DNA of 64,000 bases from Candidatus Helarchaeota archaeon (GCA_019058315.1 JAHPZH010000001.1:471536-535535); one strand, 5' to 3'. Positions 19,363 to 28,779 are shown, counted from the stretch's first letter. Numbers and translations are program-made. The notes: a model not told the origin generated them from the sequence alone.

Positions 19363-20829
19363 CTAATCCTCCTCCTTAAAGAGATCAGGATCAAGTTCAC
19401 GCTCACCAATTTTTTCCCAATAACTTTTTTCTTTAGCTTTTTCTGATTTTTTTTCTTTTACTTTCTCTAATGGTTTTTTTTCAATTTCTATGGGTTCTTC
19501 CTTTTTGTTCTCCTTTTTTTGTGCTTTTATTTCATCTGTTTTTTTTAATTCTCTATCTTTTTGTACCTTTTTATCTGTTTTTTGGTTATAAGTTACAGTT
19601 TTAGATGTGGATCCAATAAAAAAAGTTATACCTATTAGGATACAGGAATAAATCAGCAATCCAAATGAAAACACCCAAAAATTAAAAAGACCTATCCCAA
19701 AAAAAAATCCTCTTCGAAAATAATATATAATAAAAATCGATAAGAAGAAGCCAATTATTGTAATAATGCTTGTGATTATATTAACTATTCCAGTAATAGC
19801 GGTAAAAGTCGGAAATCTTGTATCCTTTTTTATTTTTAATAATCCTATACTTATTAGAATAAAAAATGTATAAAGGAAAGGAAATCCAAAGTAAATTAGA
19901 TAAATAATTAAACTGAAATGATAATTAAATCCAATATTCATTGTAAAAAATATTCCTAAAGTAATGCTTGAAATTAGAGAAAAAATAAAAGCAGTTTTTG
20001 CTAACTTACTTTCATATTGTTTATGATAGCCTAGAATTGCAACACCCATTAAAACTTCTCCTACGATAAGAAGAATAGAAAATATAAACGTCCAAAATTT
20101 AAATGTATAAAAATCATAAATTCTATTACTTACAACAATTATAGGAAAAGGTATAGGAAAAGGAGAAGGTTGGTTACCAATAATTGTTATTCTAATAATA
20201 AAGAAGAACGTAAAGAAAAAAAACATTATACTTCCAATTCCCCCAATTAATAATAAACTTCTATTTTTAGTATGATAAATTATCTTTTTTGGTTTTTTAC
20301 CAATTACTCCACTCCATAAATACATTTTACTACTGAAAATAACACTAAGAACTGCTGAAATTATGTTTAGGAAGGAGAAAATTAACATCCAAATTGGCAT
20401 TTTTGGATAATTATAAAAAAGGAGAAATGAGAAAATTGGAACGTGTTCTGCTTCAGAATAAACAGGCAAATAAAGAATAACGAGACCAAAATTTAAATCA
20501 TATCGGAATGTTGAAGCACCCCAGAAGAAAAATATTAAAATCGAATTTACGAGAATAAAAATCCAGGTAAATAATCCCAGAGAAGAAAATTTTCTTGGAA
20601 TTTTAGTTTTATTAAGTGTAGCAGTAATATATCCAATATGTAGACAAAAACTAATTATGTTAAGAGTCAAAAATATACTTAAGATTGGGATTTCATTTGG
20701 TAGTGCTATCTCATGTACTGATATCAATACAATCAATTGTAATATTTGCGAAACAATTAGAATAGTAATAATTCTATTAAAAATTTGTGTAAGTTCATCT
20801 TTACTCCTCAATTTAATACCCTCATTCAA
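19363..20829 (-). CDS. Multi-pass membrane protein with charged Lys/Glu C-terminal tail
   Basis: About 10 hydrophobic segments. Confidence 0.8.
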   Translation of the reverse strand: MNEGIKLRSKDELTQIFNRIITILIVSQILQLIVLISVHEIALPNEIPILSIFLTLNIISFCLHIGYITATLNKTKIPRKFSSLGLFTWIFILVNSILIFFFWGASTFRYDLNFGLVILYLPVYSEAEHVPIFSFLLFYNYPKMPIWMLIFSFLNIISAVLSVIFSSKMYLWSGVIGKKPKKIIYHTKNRSLLLIGGIGSIMFFFFTFFFIIRITIIGNQPSPFPIPFPIIVVSNRIYDFYTFKFWTFIFSILLIVGEVLMGVAILGYHKQYESKLAKTAFIFSLISSITLGIFFTMNIGFNYHFSLIIYLIYFGFPFLYTFFILISIGLLKIKKDTRFPTFTAITGIVNIITSIITIIGFFLSIFIIYYFRRGFFFGIGLFNFWVFSFGLLIYSCILIGITFFIGSTSKTVTYNQKTDKKVQKDRELKKTDEIKAQKKENKKEEPIEIEKKPLEKVKEKKSEKAKEKSYWEKIGERELDPDLFKEED

Positions 20830-21148
20830 AATGAAATTGAAGCTGTTTAAATTTGGAATCCTATATATTAGTTTTAAATGATATTTACTAAATTTTCAAC
20901 TTATCCTCTAAATTTCCTTTAAGTAATGTGCTTTTACATTTAAGCTAACTTGTTATTAAATTTTGTGAAGTAAAAGGAAGTAACTATTTTTTAATATCCT
21001 TATTATCCAATTTTAAAAACTTGTCATATATTCCAATCCTCTTAATTGTTTTAATTTACTATTTAATTTCTCTCCTTGAAGGATTCAAAACACCAAAAAC
21101 TATTTTAATTAGTTTAGTTCTTAAAATTAACTGGATAAGGTTAAAAAA

Positions 21149-21616
21149 TTGTCAAGTAGAGAAAGGTTTATCACCGAATATTGTCCTCATTGCGGGTTAA
21201 GTTTAATATCAGATAAATTAACAAAGAATTGTCCAAATTGTGGATATCAGGTTACTATCACGAATAAAGACCTAAAGAACATGATGCCACCAGAAGGAAA
21301 AGCGTTGGTCTACATAATACGTCCACAAATTCAAGGCTCATTAGTTGTATTTAAAAATTATATTAATGAACGTTATATTGGAGCCACAAAGGGTAGAAAA
21401 TTTCTTTATGAAATATTAGAGCCAGGAATGTATACTATTACTTCAAAGGCAGAAAAATATAACTCTCTCGAACTAGAAGCCGAACCTAATAAAATTTATT
21501 TTATAAAACAAAACTTGAAAATGGGAATCTGGATGATGAGAGTTCAATTAGAATTGATAAATGAGGTAAAAGGTCGCAAATTATTGAAAAAATGCAAATT
21601 ATTCACAAAATATTAA
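21149..21616 (+). CDS. Zinc-ribbon plus DUF2846-like domain protein
   Basis: CPHC..CPNC followed by PPEGKALVYIIRP...Y..LEPG.Y.I. Confidence 0.7.
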   Translation: MSSRERFITEYCPHCGLSLISDKLTKNCPNCGYQVTITNKDLKNMMPPEGKALVYIIRPQIQGSLVVFKNYINERYIGATKGRKFLYEILEPGMYTITSKAEKYNSLELEAEPNKIYFIKQNLKMGIWMMRVQLELINEVKGRKLLKKCKLFTKY

Positions 21617-21666
21617 ATATTAAAAATTTTACATTCAATTCTCAACCTCAAGGGTTATTAAAATAT

Positions 21667-21694
21667 AAAGAATAAAAAGAAAAATATAACTTAT
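21667..21694 (+). repeat. 28-bp direct repeat, copy 2
   Basis: Identical to 19044-19071. Confidence 0.8.
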
Positions 21695-21786
21695 TTTTCA
21701 AATAATTAAAGAATAGAAATTAAATATTATTGAAAAAATAAAAATAAGAATGAAAAGAAGAATTTCGAAATCTATGAGATGATTAT

Positions 21787-22050
21787 ATGACTCGATACGA
21801 AGCATTTTTATGCAATGACTGTGGTTGGGGCAGTAAGAAAGATAACTGCGTCAAATGTGGTAAATGGATAGGATCCTCTGGCGTCCCCGCTATATTGTGC
21901 GACGATTGTGGGTGGGGCTCTAAAAAAGACGACTGTGTGAAATGTGGAAAGTGGATGGGTTCAACCAAAATCCCAGCAATGCTATGCAATGATTGTGGAT
22001 GGGGCTCAAAAAAAGATAATTGTGCAAAATGTGGTAGATGGGCTCCCTAA
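21787..22050 (+). CDS. Three-repeat 12-Cys zinc protein, PHF5A/Rds3-like
   Basis: Three 29-aa repeats A.LC(N/D)DCGWGSKKD(N/D)C.KCG.W, each CxxC-x8-CxxC. Confidence 0.8.
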   Translation: MTRYEAFLCNDCGWGSKKDNCVKCGKWIGSSGVPAILCDDCGWGSKKDDCVKCGKWMGSTKIPAMLCNDCGWGSKKDNCAKCGRWAP

Positions 22051-22131
22051 TACTCGTATACATTATATCTTATAATTTTTTCATTTTTCATTATTTAAGT
22101 TTTTAAAATTTGAATATAATTAGGTACTTAG

Positions 22132-22881
22132 ATGAAGCTTAATAAATTACAAATATCCATCATTGCTTGTGGTTGGTTTTATTCAGCATATTTTGCAATC
22201 TGGGCTTTTATTGTGTATTCCACAAGCAATCCCTATAATGCTTATGGATATGGGCTGGCAGGAACATTTATTGGTGGAATTACGAAGGCATTGACTTTCT
22301 TCTTCGTTAATGGATTAATAATTCTTGTTAGTTCTATTCTAATTATCCTTGATAATCGTCAAAGACAAGATGAAATAGATCGGGCTCTTCAAAAAACTGA
22401 TTATATACGGATAATTCTTTTAATAGTTGCATTCTTTTTTGCCCTTCCTTGGTTATTTGCGATTCATGGAATATTTATTTCAGACATCCCTATATTAAAT
22501 TTAATATTTTTAGGAAGGCAACCGGGAATTCTCGGCACAAACTTTTTTGATTATATTTATCCTTCCGTACACCTCGGATTGCATCATGGTACAGATGGTT
22601 ATTTACATATTTCTTATGCCATCCTTCTTTCAATCCTAATTTTCAAAATGAAAAATCCAATAATTCGTAATGTCTCAATTTTTGGAATGGGTTTTCTAGC
22701 ATCTTACGGTCTTATTGCATATTTGGAGGATATTTTTCATGAACAAATTCTAAAACGAGGTTTTCTTCCTCCTATTTGGCATTTAATAAAATTATTTTAT
22801 GATTATGGCATATTCTTTGGACTAATATTCGGATTAATAATTTTAATTTTTGGAGTGTATTATTTTCACGAAAAAGAATAA
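22132..22881 (+). CDS. Membrane protein with conserved-looking His motif (HLGLHHG.DG)
   Basis: Six to seven TM segments and a His cluster. Confidence 0.75.
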   Translation: MKLNKLQISIIACGWFYSAYFAIWAFIVYSTSNPYNAYGYGLAGTFIGGITKALTFFFVNGLIILVSSILIILDNRQRQDEIDRALQKTDYIRIILLIVAFFFALPWLFAIHGIFISDIPILNLIFLGRQPGILGTNFFDYIYPSVHLGLHHGTDGYLHISYAILLSILIFKMKNPIIRNVSIFGMGFLASYGLIAYLEDIFHEQILKRGFLPPIWHLIKLFYDYGIFFGLIFGLIILIFGVYYFHEKE

Positions 22882-22890
22882 GAGCTATTA

Positions 22891-23085
22891 TCATCTAGTA
22901 TCGAAAATAAATACAAGAATGGAGCAAATCCCAAACCCTAAAAATATAAGCCCCTCATTAAGAAAATAGCCAAAACTAGGTACAATTAATAAAAGAATGA
23001 GTAAGAATCCACCTAAACCAGTAAAAGAGATACCTAGGATTAGGAAAAAATATTTTTCTAAAGTCGATTTCCTTCTGACTGACAC
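22891..23085 (-). CDS. Small two-TM membrane protein
   Basis: Two hydrophobic helices. Confidence 0.5.
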   Translation of the reverse strand: MSVRRKSTLEKYFFLILGISFTGLGGFLLILLLIVPSFGYFLNEGLIFLGFGICSILVFIFDTR

Positions 23086-23121
23086 TATTTTCTACCATAA
23101 TATATTTTTGAATTATTTATC

Positions 23122-23199
23122 GAATTATTTAACGGGCACAAACCGCTGGTCAATTATTTCTTCAAAGATTTATAAAAATAATTTCATCCCAAATAATTC
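23122..23199 (-). promoter_or_regulatory. Eukaryote-like SECIS element in the 3' UTR of the DsbA-like selenoprotein gene
   Basis: GAAUUAUUU-GGG-AUGA-AAUUAUUUUU-[AUAAAUCUUUGA]-AGAAAUAAUU-GA-CC...-AAAUAAUUC. Confidence 0.8.
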
Positions 23200-23213
23200 T
23201 ATTATTCTTAAAT

Positions 23214-23852
23214 TTAGCTTGGTTTATTTTTAAGATAAACATTTTCGAATATTTGTTTAAAAGTTTCAATTGGTTGACAGCCTGCAAATAATGCTTTTTT
23301 TATATTACCTGCTATAAAGGCGGGAACTGCAGAAATTCCATAAGAAAAAGCCTCTTGTTTCGATTGTTCAACAATAGGAGTAAATAATCCCGTATTTAAT
23401 TCTTCCTCAAGTTCTTCGATATTTAAACCCGTTTCAGCAGCTACGTTTAAAATAACTTTTAGTTTTTCTATGTCTTTCATATCTAAGAAGTAGGCTTTAT
23501 ACATCAAATCCTGAAACATCTCATATTTTTCAGGTTGTAATCTAGCAAATTCAGCTGCTTCAAGTGCTAATCTTGATTTGGATAATGCATTTGGAAGCTT
23601 GATTGAGATATTATTAGTATTTGCAATTTTTTCAATTCGTTTCCAAAAAGATTTAATATAATCATTTACATCAATCGGCAAAAAGGACATTGCCAAATCT
23701 GCTTCAAGCCCCTTTGGATGAAGTTCATATGGTTTCCACGTAATTAACAATTTATATTCTCCTTCTGCATCAATCTTTTTAAGAATCTCCTTAGCTAAAT
23801 AACACCATGGTCAAATAAAATCAAACCAAGCAATAATATTAATTTCTTTCAA
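23214..23852 (-). CDS. DsbA/FrnE-family thiol oxidoreductase, selenoprotein (Sec14, UPWC)
   Basis: GGAGTGA SD, TTG start at 23852, MKEINIIAWFDFI-U(TGA 23811-23813)-PWCYLA in frame with the listed 178-aa ORF; WKPYELHP, GISAVPAF, GCQP. Confidence 0.88.
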
Positions 23853-24131
23853 TATATCACTCCGATATTTTATTAATTAGACTAAATATTTCTTTTAATT
23901 TATTCACTATTTTAAAGTTAAAAACATAATATAAAAAATATATTTTAATTTGTTCAATTTAAGTTCAATCTTTGTATATTATTTTATTCTTTATTAAAAT
24001 TCTTAATAATTAATTTAAATTCGTTACACTCCCGAAATGTCCATCAATTCGAAATTTTGTCGACATTTTCTTTGTCAAAAAGACTTATAAGACAAAAGAA
24101 ATAATATATCTCAAACAATTTCAATTTTTAA

Positions 24132-24587
24132 CACCGGGATACTAAAGGAAGTTTTAGAACGAATCACGAGGAAAATAATGGCTCAGTTCCCGATTGGGTA
24201 AAAAACCTTTTTAAGGATATTTCTCCAGAGTCATCAAAAGGCGAAATTCAAGAAGCTCATGATTGGGCAAAGGAAATTATTCGGACCACTGAACAGAAAA
24301 AATCCCGAGACCCATATTGGATAGAATACCCTCTAATACAACGAGAGGCAAAATTATTAGAAGGTGAACATCTTAAAATTTATGGGTATATTCGTTCCAA
24401 TCCCACTTATGATTTAAATAATCTCTTTTTAAGAAGTGGTTGTGAAGAAAATAAATTCTTTAAAATAGTTAATGATTTAATTAACTACAATTATTTGAGA
24501 ATATTTTTTGTTTATTACTCCCTTGATTATACAAATCGACAATCTGCTTCTCCATTTTTAAGAATGAAAAAAAAAGCAGTAACATAA
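24132..24587 (+). pseudogene. Start-less 151-codon open frame with a wHTH-like C-terminus (probable 5'-disrupted gene)
   Basis: Manual translation ...VPDWVKNLFKDISPESSKGEIQEAHDWAKEII...HLKIYGYIRSNPTYDLNNLFLRSGCEENKFFKIVNDLINYNYL...; preceded by TAA with no early ATG/GTG/TTG. Confidence 0.5.
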
Positions 24588-24627
24588 TGGATTCAAATTA
24601 GTATTAGAATATGGGAGGAAGAAATTT

Positions 24628-24993
24628 TTGACAGATATGTCCAATAAATCTAAATTAGATGATATAAGAAAACTTATTGAGCTTATGGGCGCAAAAAATA
24701 TCGCACGGCAATCGTTCGATTTTATTTTACAATCTTATAAGGAACAAGACCCTGAGATATATGAAATTTTAGAAAAAAGAATTAATTTAGAAGAATTGAT
24801 TGTTGAAATTTTGACTAATGTATATAATAAATATTTCACTGAAGCTGAAATTGAAGAATTGATACGTTTTTATGAAAGTTCGCTTGGAAAAAAATTATTG
24901 AGCTTAAGCCCTAAAATGTTTCAGGAAGCTGCGCAAATGGCTCAAGAACATGTTCAGAAAAAATTAGAAGAATATACGGATTATTTCTCTTAA
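24628..24993 (+). CDS. DUF2059 family protein
   Basis: VYNKYFTEAEIEELIRFYESSLGKKL..L.P. Confidence 0.85.
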   Translation: MTDMSNKSKLDDIRKLIELMGAKNIARQSFDFILQSYKEQDPEIYEILEKRINLEELIVEILTNVYNKYFTEAEIEELIRFYESSLGKKLLSLSPKMFQEAAQMAQEHVQKKLEEYTDYFS

Positions 24994-26081
24994 TAAAAAT
25001 CTTTAATTTTTTTAGATAGTTTATCAATTTCCTTTTGTAGGTGTTCATAATCTTCCAATTTTAAACCTTTCATTTTGCTTTTCGCTTCTAATATTCCTAA
25101 TTTCTGAATTAGTCTATTTAATTCTTCTTTTCTTTTTTCTTCAGTTTGTTTTAAAAAATTAACTATAAAATATGCTCCACTTTGATAGAGTTCCTTGTCC
25201 TCTTTTGATAAAAGCTCTGGACTAAGTTTAAAGTTCAATAAATTTTCTAATTTACCTAGTCCCTCAATTTTTTTTATTTTATTATTTGCCAGATATAAAT
25301 CCTTTAAATTCTTCAGATTTTCTAATCCCTCAATATTCATAATCTGATTATTACTAATTCCAAGACTAGTTAAGTTTCTTAGGTTTGTTAATCCTTCAAT
25401 TTTTTTAATCTGATTATTATTTAACCATAATTCATTTAAATTCGGGAGAGTATAAAGGCCCTCTATTTTTTGAATTTTATTGAAATCAGCACTTAATAAT
25501 TCTAAATTCTTAAGATTACTTAGACCTTCTATTTTTGTGATATCATTATTGTATATAAATAACTTTTTTAGATTGATGAGATAATCTAATCCTTCAATTT
25601 TTTTTATTTTATTATGGTGAATACTCAGTTCTTCCAAGTTTTTGAGATTATCCAATCCCTCAATTTTTTGAATATTGTTATTACCAATCCAAAGAATTAT
25701 TAAATCTGAAAGGTTTTCAAGGCCTTCTATTCGTTCTATTTGATTATTATATAAGCTCAATTTTACTAATTGTTTTAGGTTATCAAGCCCCTCAATTTTG
25801 GTAATTTTATTTGTAGATATATGTAAACATTCTAGTTGGGACAGATTTTCTAATCTCTCTATTTTTATAATTTGATTCGAATTAAGATTTAATTCCCTTA
25901 AATGTGTTAAACTCTCAATATTTTTAGGAATTTCTGTCAAATCACTATGAAATAAACTAAACTTTACTACATATCCATTTTTATCAATATCAAGTTGATA
26001 GGAAGCTAATTTATATTTATCATTCAATTTCGAAATTACTTCTCTTTCTTGCGTATCCTTAATTTCTTGGATTGCTTTCAT
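24990..26081 (-). CDS. Leucine-rich repeat protein (SDS22-like 22-aa repeats)
   Basis: About 10 repeats of L.NL..L..L.L..N.I.KIEG. Confidence 0.93.
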   Translation of the reverse strand: MKAIQEIKDTQEREVISKLNDKYKLASYQLDIDKNGYVVKFSLFHSDLTEIPKNIESLTHLRELNLNSNQIIKIERLENLSQLECLHISTNKITKIEGLDNLKQLVKLSLYNNQIERIEGLENLSDLIILWIGNNNIQKIEGLDNLKNLEELSIHHNKIKKIEGLDYLINLKKLFIYNNDITKIEGLSNLKNLELLSADFNKIQKIEGLYTLPNLNELWLNNNQIKKIEGLTNLRNLTSLGISNNQIMNIEGLENLKNLKDLYLANNKIKKIEGLGKLENLLNFKLSPELLSKEDKELYQSGAYFIVNFLKQTEEKRKEELNRLIQKLGILEAKSKMKGLKLEDYEHLQKEIDKLSKKIKDFY

Positions 26082-26224
26082 TGAAAATCCCTATTAGTAA
26101 TATGCCTTTAAACTCAAATAATTCTTAGTATTATGAATTATCTTAATAATTTATACGATAAAATAATTTAGGATATAATTAAAAGTAGTTTTTTAAATTG
26201 TTTAGTTAAAATTGGAAGTAATAT

Positions 26225-27073
26225 TTAAAAATCCCATTTCTTTAATTTTCTTTTCTTGGGTTTCGCTGTTTTCTTTAATAATTCATCCTTAGCAATCAAT
26301 GCTGCACCTAATGCACCAATTATCTGAGGATCTATGGGGACTTGTAAAAGTTTCATTCCTAATTTTTCTTCAAGAGCTTTTTTCACACCGATATTTTTAG
26401 CTACGCCACCTGTTATAGTCAGATCAGGTTCTAATCCAACCCTATTAATTAATGACATTGTCCGGCTAGCTATTGATTGATGCAGTCCTGCAACTATATC
26501 TACGACTCTTTTGCCTTCTGCAACTAAACTGACTACTTCTGATTCTGCAAAAACACTACATTGTGAAGTTATCAGTGCTGGGCGTTTAGATTTTAAAGAT
26601 AATGGTCCTAATTCATCAAGAGTAGTCTCAAGAGCTTTTGCCATAACTTCTAAAAATCTACCTGTACCAGCAGCGCATTTATCATTCATTGCAAAATCTA
26701 CTAATTTTCCAGTTTTATCAATTTTAATGACTTTGCAATCTTGACCCCCAATATCCACTATTGTGCGTACAGAAGGAAGAAAATGATGCGCTCCTCGCCC
26801 ATGACAAGTGATTTCTGAAATATTTTGATTCGCAAAGGGAACACGGACACGCCCGTAACCTGTGCCCACAATAAATTCAATATCATCTCGAGTTAAGCCG
26901 GTTTCTTGAAGTACTTCATCCATTGCATCATTTGAAGTCTTAGATGGGAGGATTCTTGTAGGTACTACTGAACTTGCTAATATAACCGGTTCATCGGAAT
27001 TATCTTCACCATTAAATTTAAGAAGAACTGCCTTTCCGGTTAGAGAACCGACATCAATTCCAGCAACAATCAA
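26225..27073 (-). CDS. 2-hydroxyacyl-CoA dehydratase activator / BcrAD-BadFG ATPase
   Basis: GIDVGS, TGYGR, EITCHG, DIGGQD.K, NDKCAAGTGRFLE, CSVFAESE. Confidence 0.95.
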   Translation of the reverse strand: MIVAGIDVGSLTGKAVLLKFNGEDNSDEPVILASSVVPTRILPSKTSNDAMDEVLQETGLTRDDIEFIVGTGYGRVRVPFANQNISEITCHGRGAHHFLPSVRTIVDIGGQDCKVIKIDKTGKLVDFAMNDKCAAGTGRFLEVMAKALETTLDELGPLSLKSKRPALITSQCSVFAESEVVSLVAEGKRVVDIVAGLHQSIASRTMSLINRVGLEPDLTITGGVAKNIGVKKALEEKLGMKLLQVPIDPQIIGALGAALIAKDELLKKTAKPKKRKLKKWDF

Positions 27074-27277
27074 ATGCGCAACCTCGAAATTTTAAAAAAG
27101 TAATAGACAAATTAAGCTTCAAGTAATTCTAAGTAATTAATTTTTTAAAAGTAATTATAATAGGTTTGATAATTAGTTAAGATTTCAATTAGAAATGTAT
27201 TAGAATTACAAAAGTTTATAATTATTTTATCGATAAAATTAATTAATGAATCGAAATTGTTTTTGAGGATTATTTAA

Positions 27278-28060
27278 TTGGTGAAAAACAATTTAAATAA
27301 AAGGGTAATTGCCGTTGTGGGTAAGGGTGGGACTGGAAAGACTATAACTACTGCATTAATGGCTAAAATCATAGCTAGAAGTAAAAAATATAAGTTATTC
27401 CTGATTGATGCAGATCCAGCAATGGCACATCTAGCAAGGGTTTTAGGTTTAGATGTTTCCAAAACTTTAGAAGACATTCGTGATGAAATAATAGAAGTTG
27501 CAGGTAGAAAGATAACAGAAGAAAAAGAAGAAATGGTTAGAACTTTGGATTACAAAGTATTTGATGCGTTAGTAGAGGGAAAAGAATTCTCGTTATTAGC
27601 AATGGGTAGACCTGAAGGACCTGGCTGTTTTTGTCCTGCTAATGTCTTATTAAGGAAAAGTATTGAGGTTTTATCCAAATACTTTGATATTATGTTAATC
27701 GACTGTGAAGCAGGTTTAGAGCATATTAATAGAAAAGTGATACGAAATATTGATACCTTAATTATGGTTTCAGACTCTACTATTAGGGGAGTACAGACTG
27801 CAGAAGCTATAAATAAAGTCTCTGAGAAATTTACTAAAAGTAAAAATACAGGACTTGTAATTAATAGGGTAAAAAATTCAGCAGAAACAATTCAAAAATA
27901 TGCAGAAAAAGTGGGTTTAAAGATATTAGGATTAATACCTGAAGATCCTTACATTACTGAATTAGATAATTCTGGTGGAACTTTAAAAGATCTCCCTGAA
28001 GATAGCCCTACTATAAGGGCTGTTGAAAAAATAATAAAAAATATTGGTATCGAACTTTAA
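27278..28060 (+). CDS. CooC/AcsF-like CODH nickel-insertion ATPase
   Basis: GKGGTGKT, IDADP, GPGCFCPAN, DCEAGLEH. Confidence 0.92.
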   Translation: MVKNNLNKRVIAVVGKGGTGKTITTALMAKIIARSKKYKLFLIDADPAMAHLARVLGLDVSKTLEDIRDEIIEVAGRKITEEKEEMVRTLDYKVFDALVEGKEFSLLAMGRPEGPGCFCPANVLLRKSIEVLSKYFDIMLIDCEAGLEHINRKVIRNIDTLIMVSDSTIRGVQTAEAINKVSEKFTKSKNTGLVINRVKNSAETIQKYAEKVGLKILGLIPEDPYITELDNSGGTLKDLPEDSPTIRAVEKIIKNIGIEL

Positions 28061-28779
28061 ATTAATTTTAAAGCTTCTTTTTGTTTTGAAATTAAGATTT
28101 TAATACCTTTTTCTGCTACATTTAATACTTCATCTAAGAGTTCTCTAGAGAAAGGCTCAATTTCAGCAGTTGCTTGAATCTCAACAAATTTTCCTGATTC
28201 AGTCATAATACAATTAAAATCAACATTAACCATGGAATCTTCCTGGTAATTCAAATCTAATAAAATTTGACTATCTGTAATTCCCGCGCTTATGGCTGCT
28301 ATAAATTCTATAATTGGATTCTCTGAAATTATATTATTCTCTAATAAATGATTCACTGCATCATAAAGCGCAATAAAAGCTCCTGTAATGGATGCAGTTC
28401 GTGTCCCTCCATCTGCTTGAATGACATCACAATCAATATAAACTGATCTTTCCCCTAATTTGTCTAGATCAATAGCAGCTCTTAAAGATCTACCAATTAA
28501 TCGTGAAATCTCCATTGTTCTGCCATGAATGTGACCTATCCTGCTTTCCCGCTCGTTTCTCGTATGGGTGGCCCTTGGAAGCATGGCATATTGAGCTGTT
28601 AACCATCCACTTCCTTTTCCCATCATCCATGGAGGTACTCTTTCAAGAACGCTCGCACAGCAAAGAACTTTTGTATCTCCAAATTCTATCAAGACATTAC
28701 CTTCTGGAAATTTAACAAAATTTCTTGTTATTGTCACAGTTCGTAATTCATCAAACTTTCTCTTATCTACTCGTTCCAT
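28057..28779 (-). CDS. rph: Ribonuclease PH (bacterial type)
   Basis: YAMLPRAT..R..RE...G...GRT.EI.RLIGRSLRA, DCDVIQADGGTRTASITG. Confidence 0.95.
   Translation of the reverse strand: MERVDKRKFDELRTVTITRNFVKFPEGNVLIEFGDTKVLCCASVLERVPPWMMGKGSGWLTAQYAMLPRATHTRNERESRIGHIHGRTMEISRLIGRSLRAAIDLDKLGERSVYIDCDVIQADGGTRTASITGAFIALYDAVNHLLENNIISENPIIEFIAAISAGITDSQILLDLNYQEDSMVNVDFNCIMTESGKFVEIQATAEIEPFSRELLDEVLNVAEKGIKILISKQKEALKLI

Noticed and set aside
22997-23233. 78-aa plus-strand ORF overlapping the SECIS region
   Set aside because: No motifs; the region is better explained by the minus-strand SECIS and small membrane gene.
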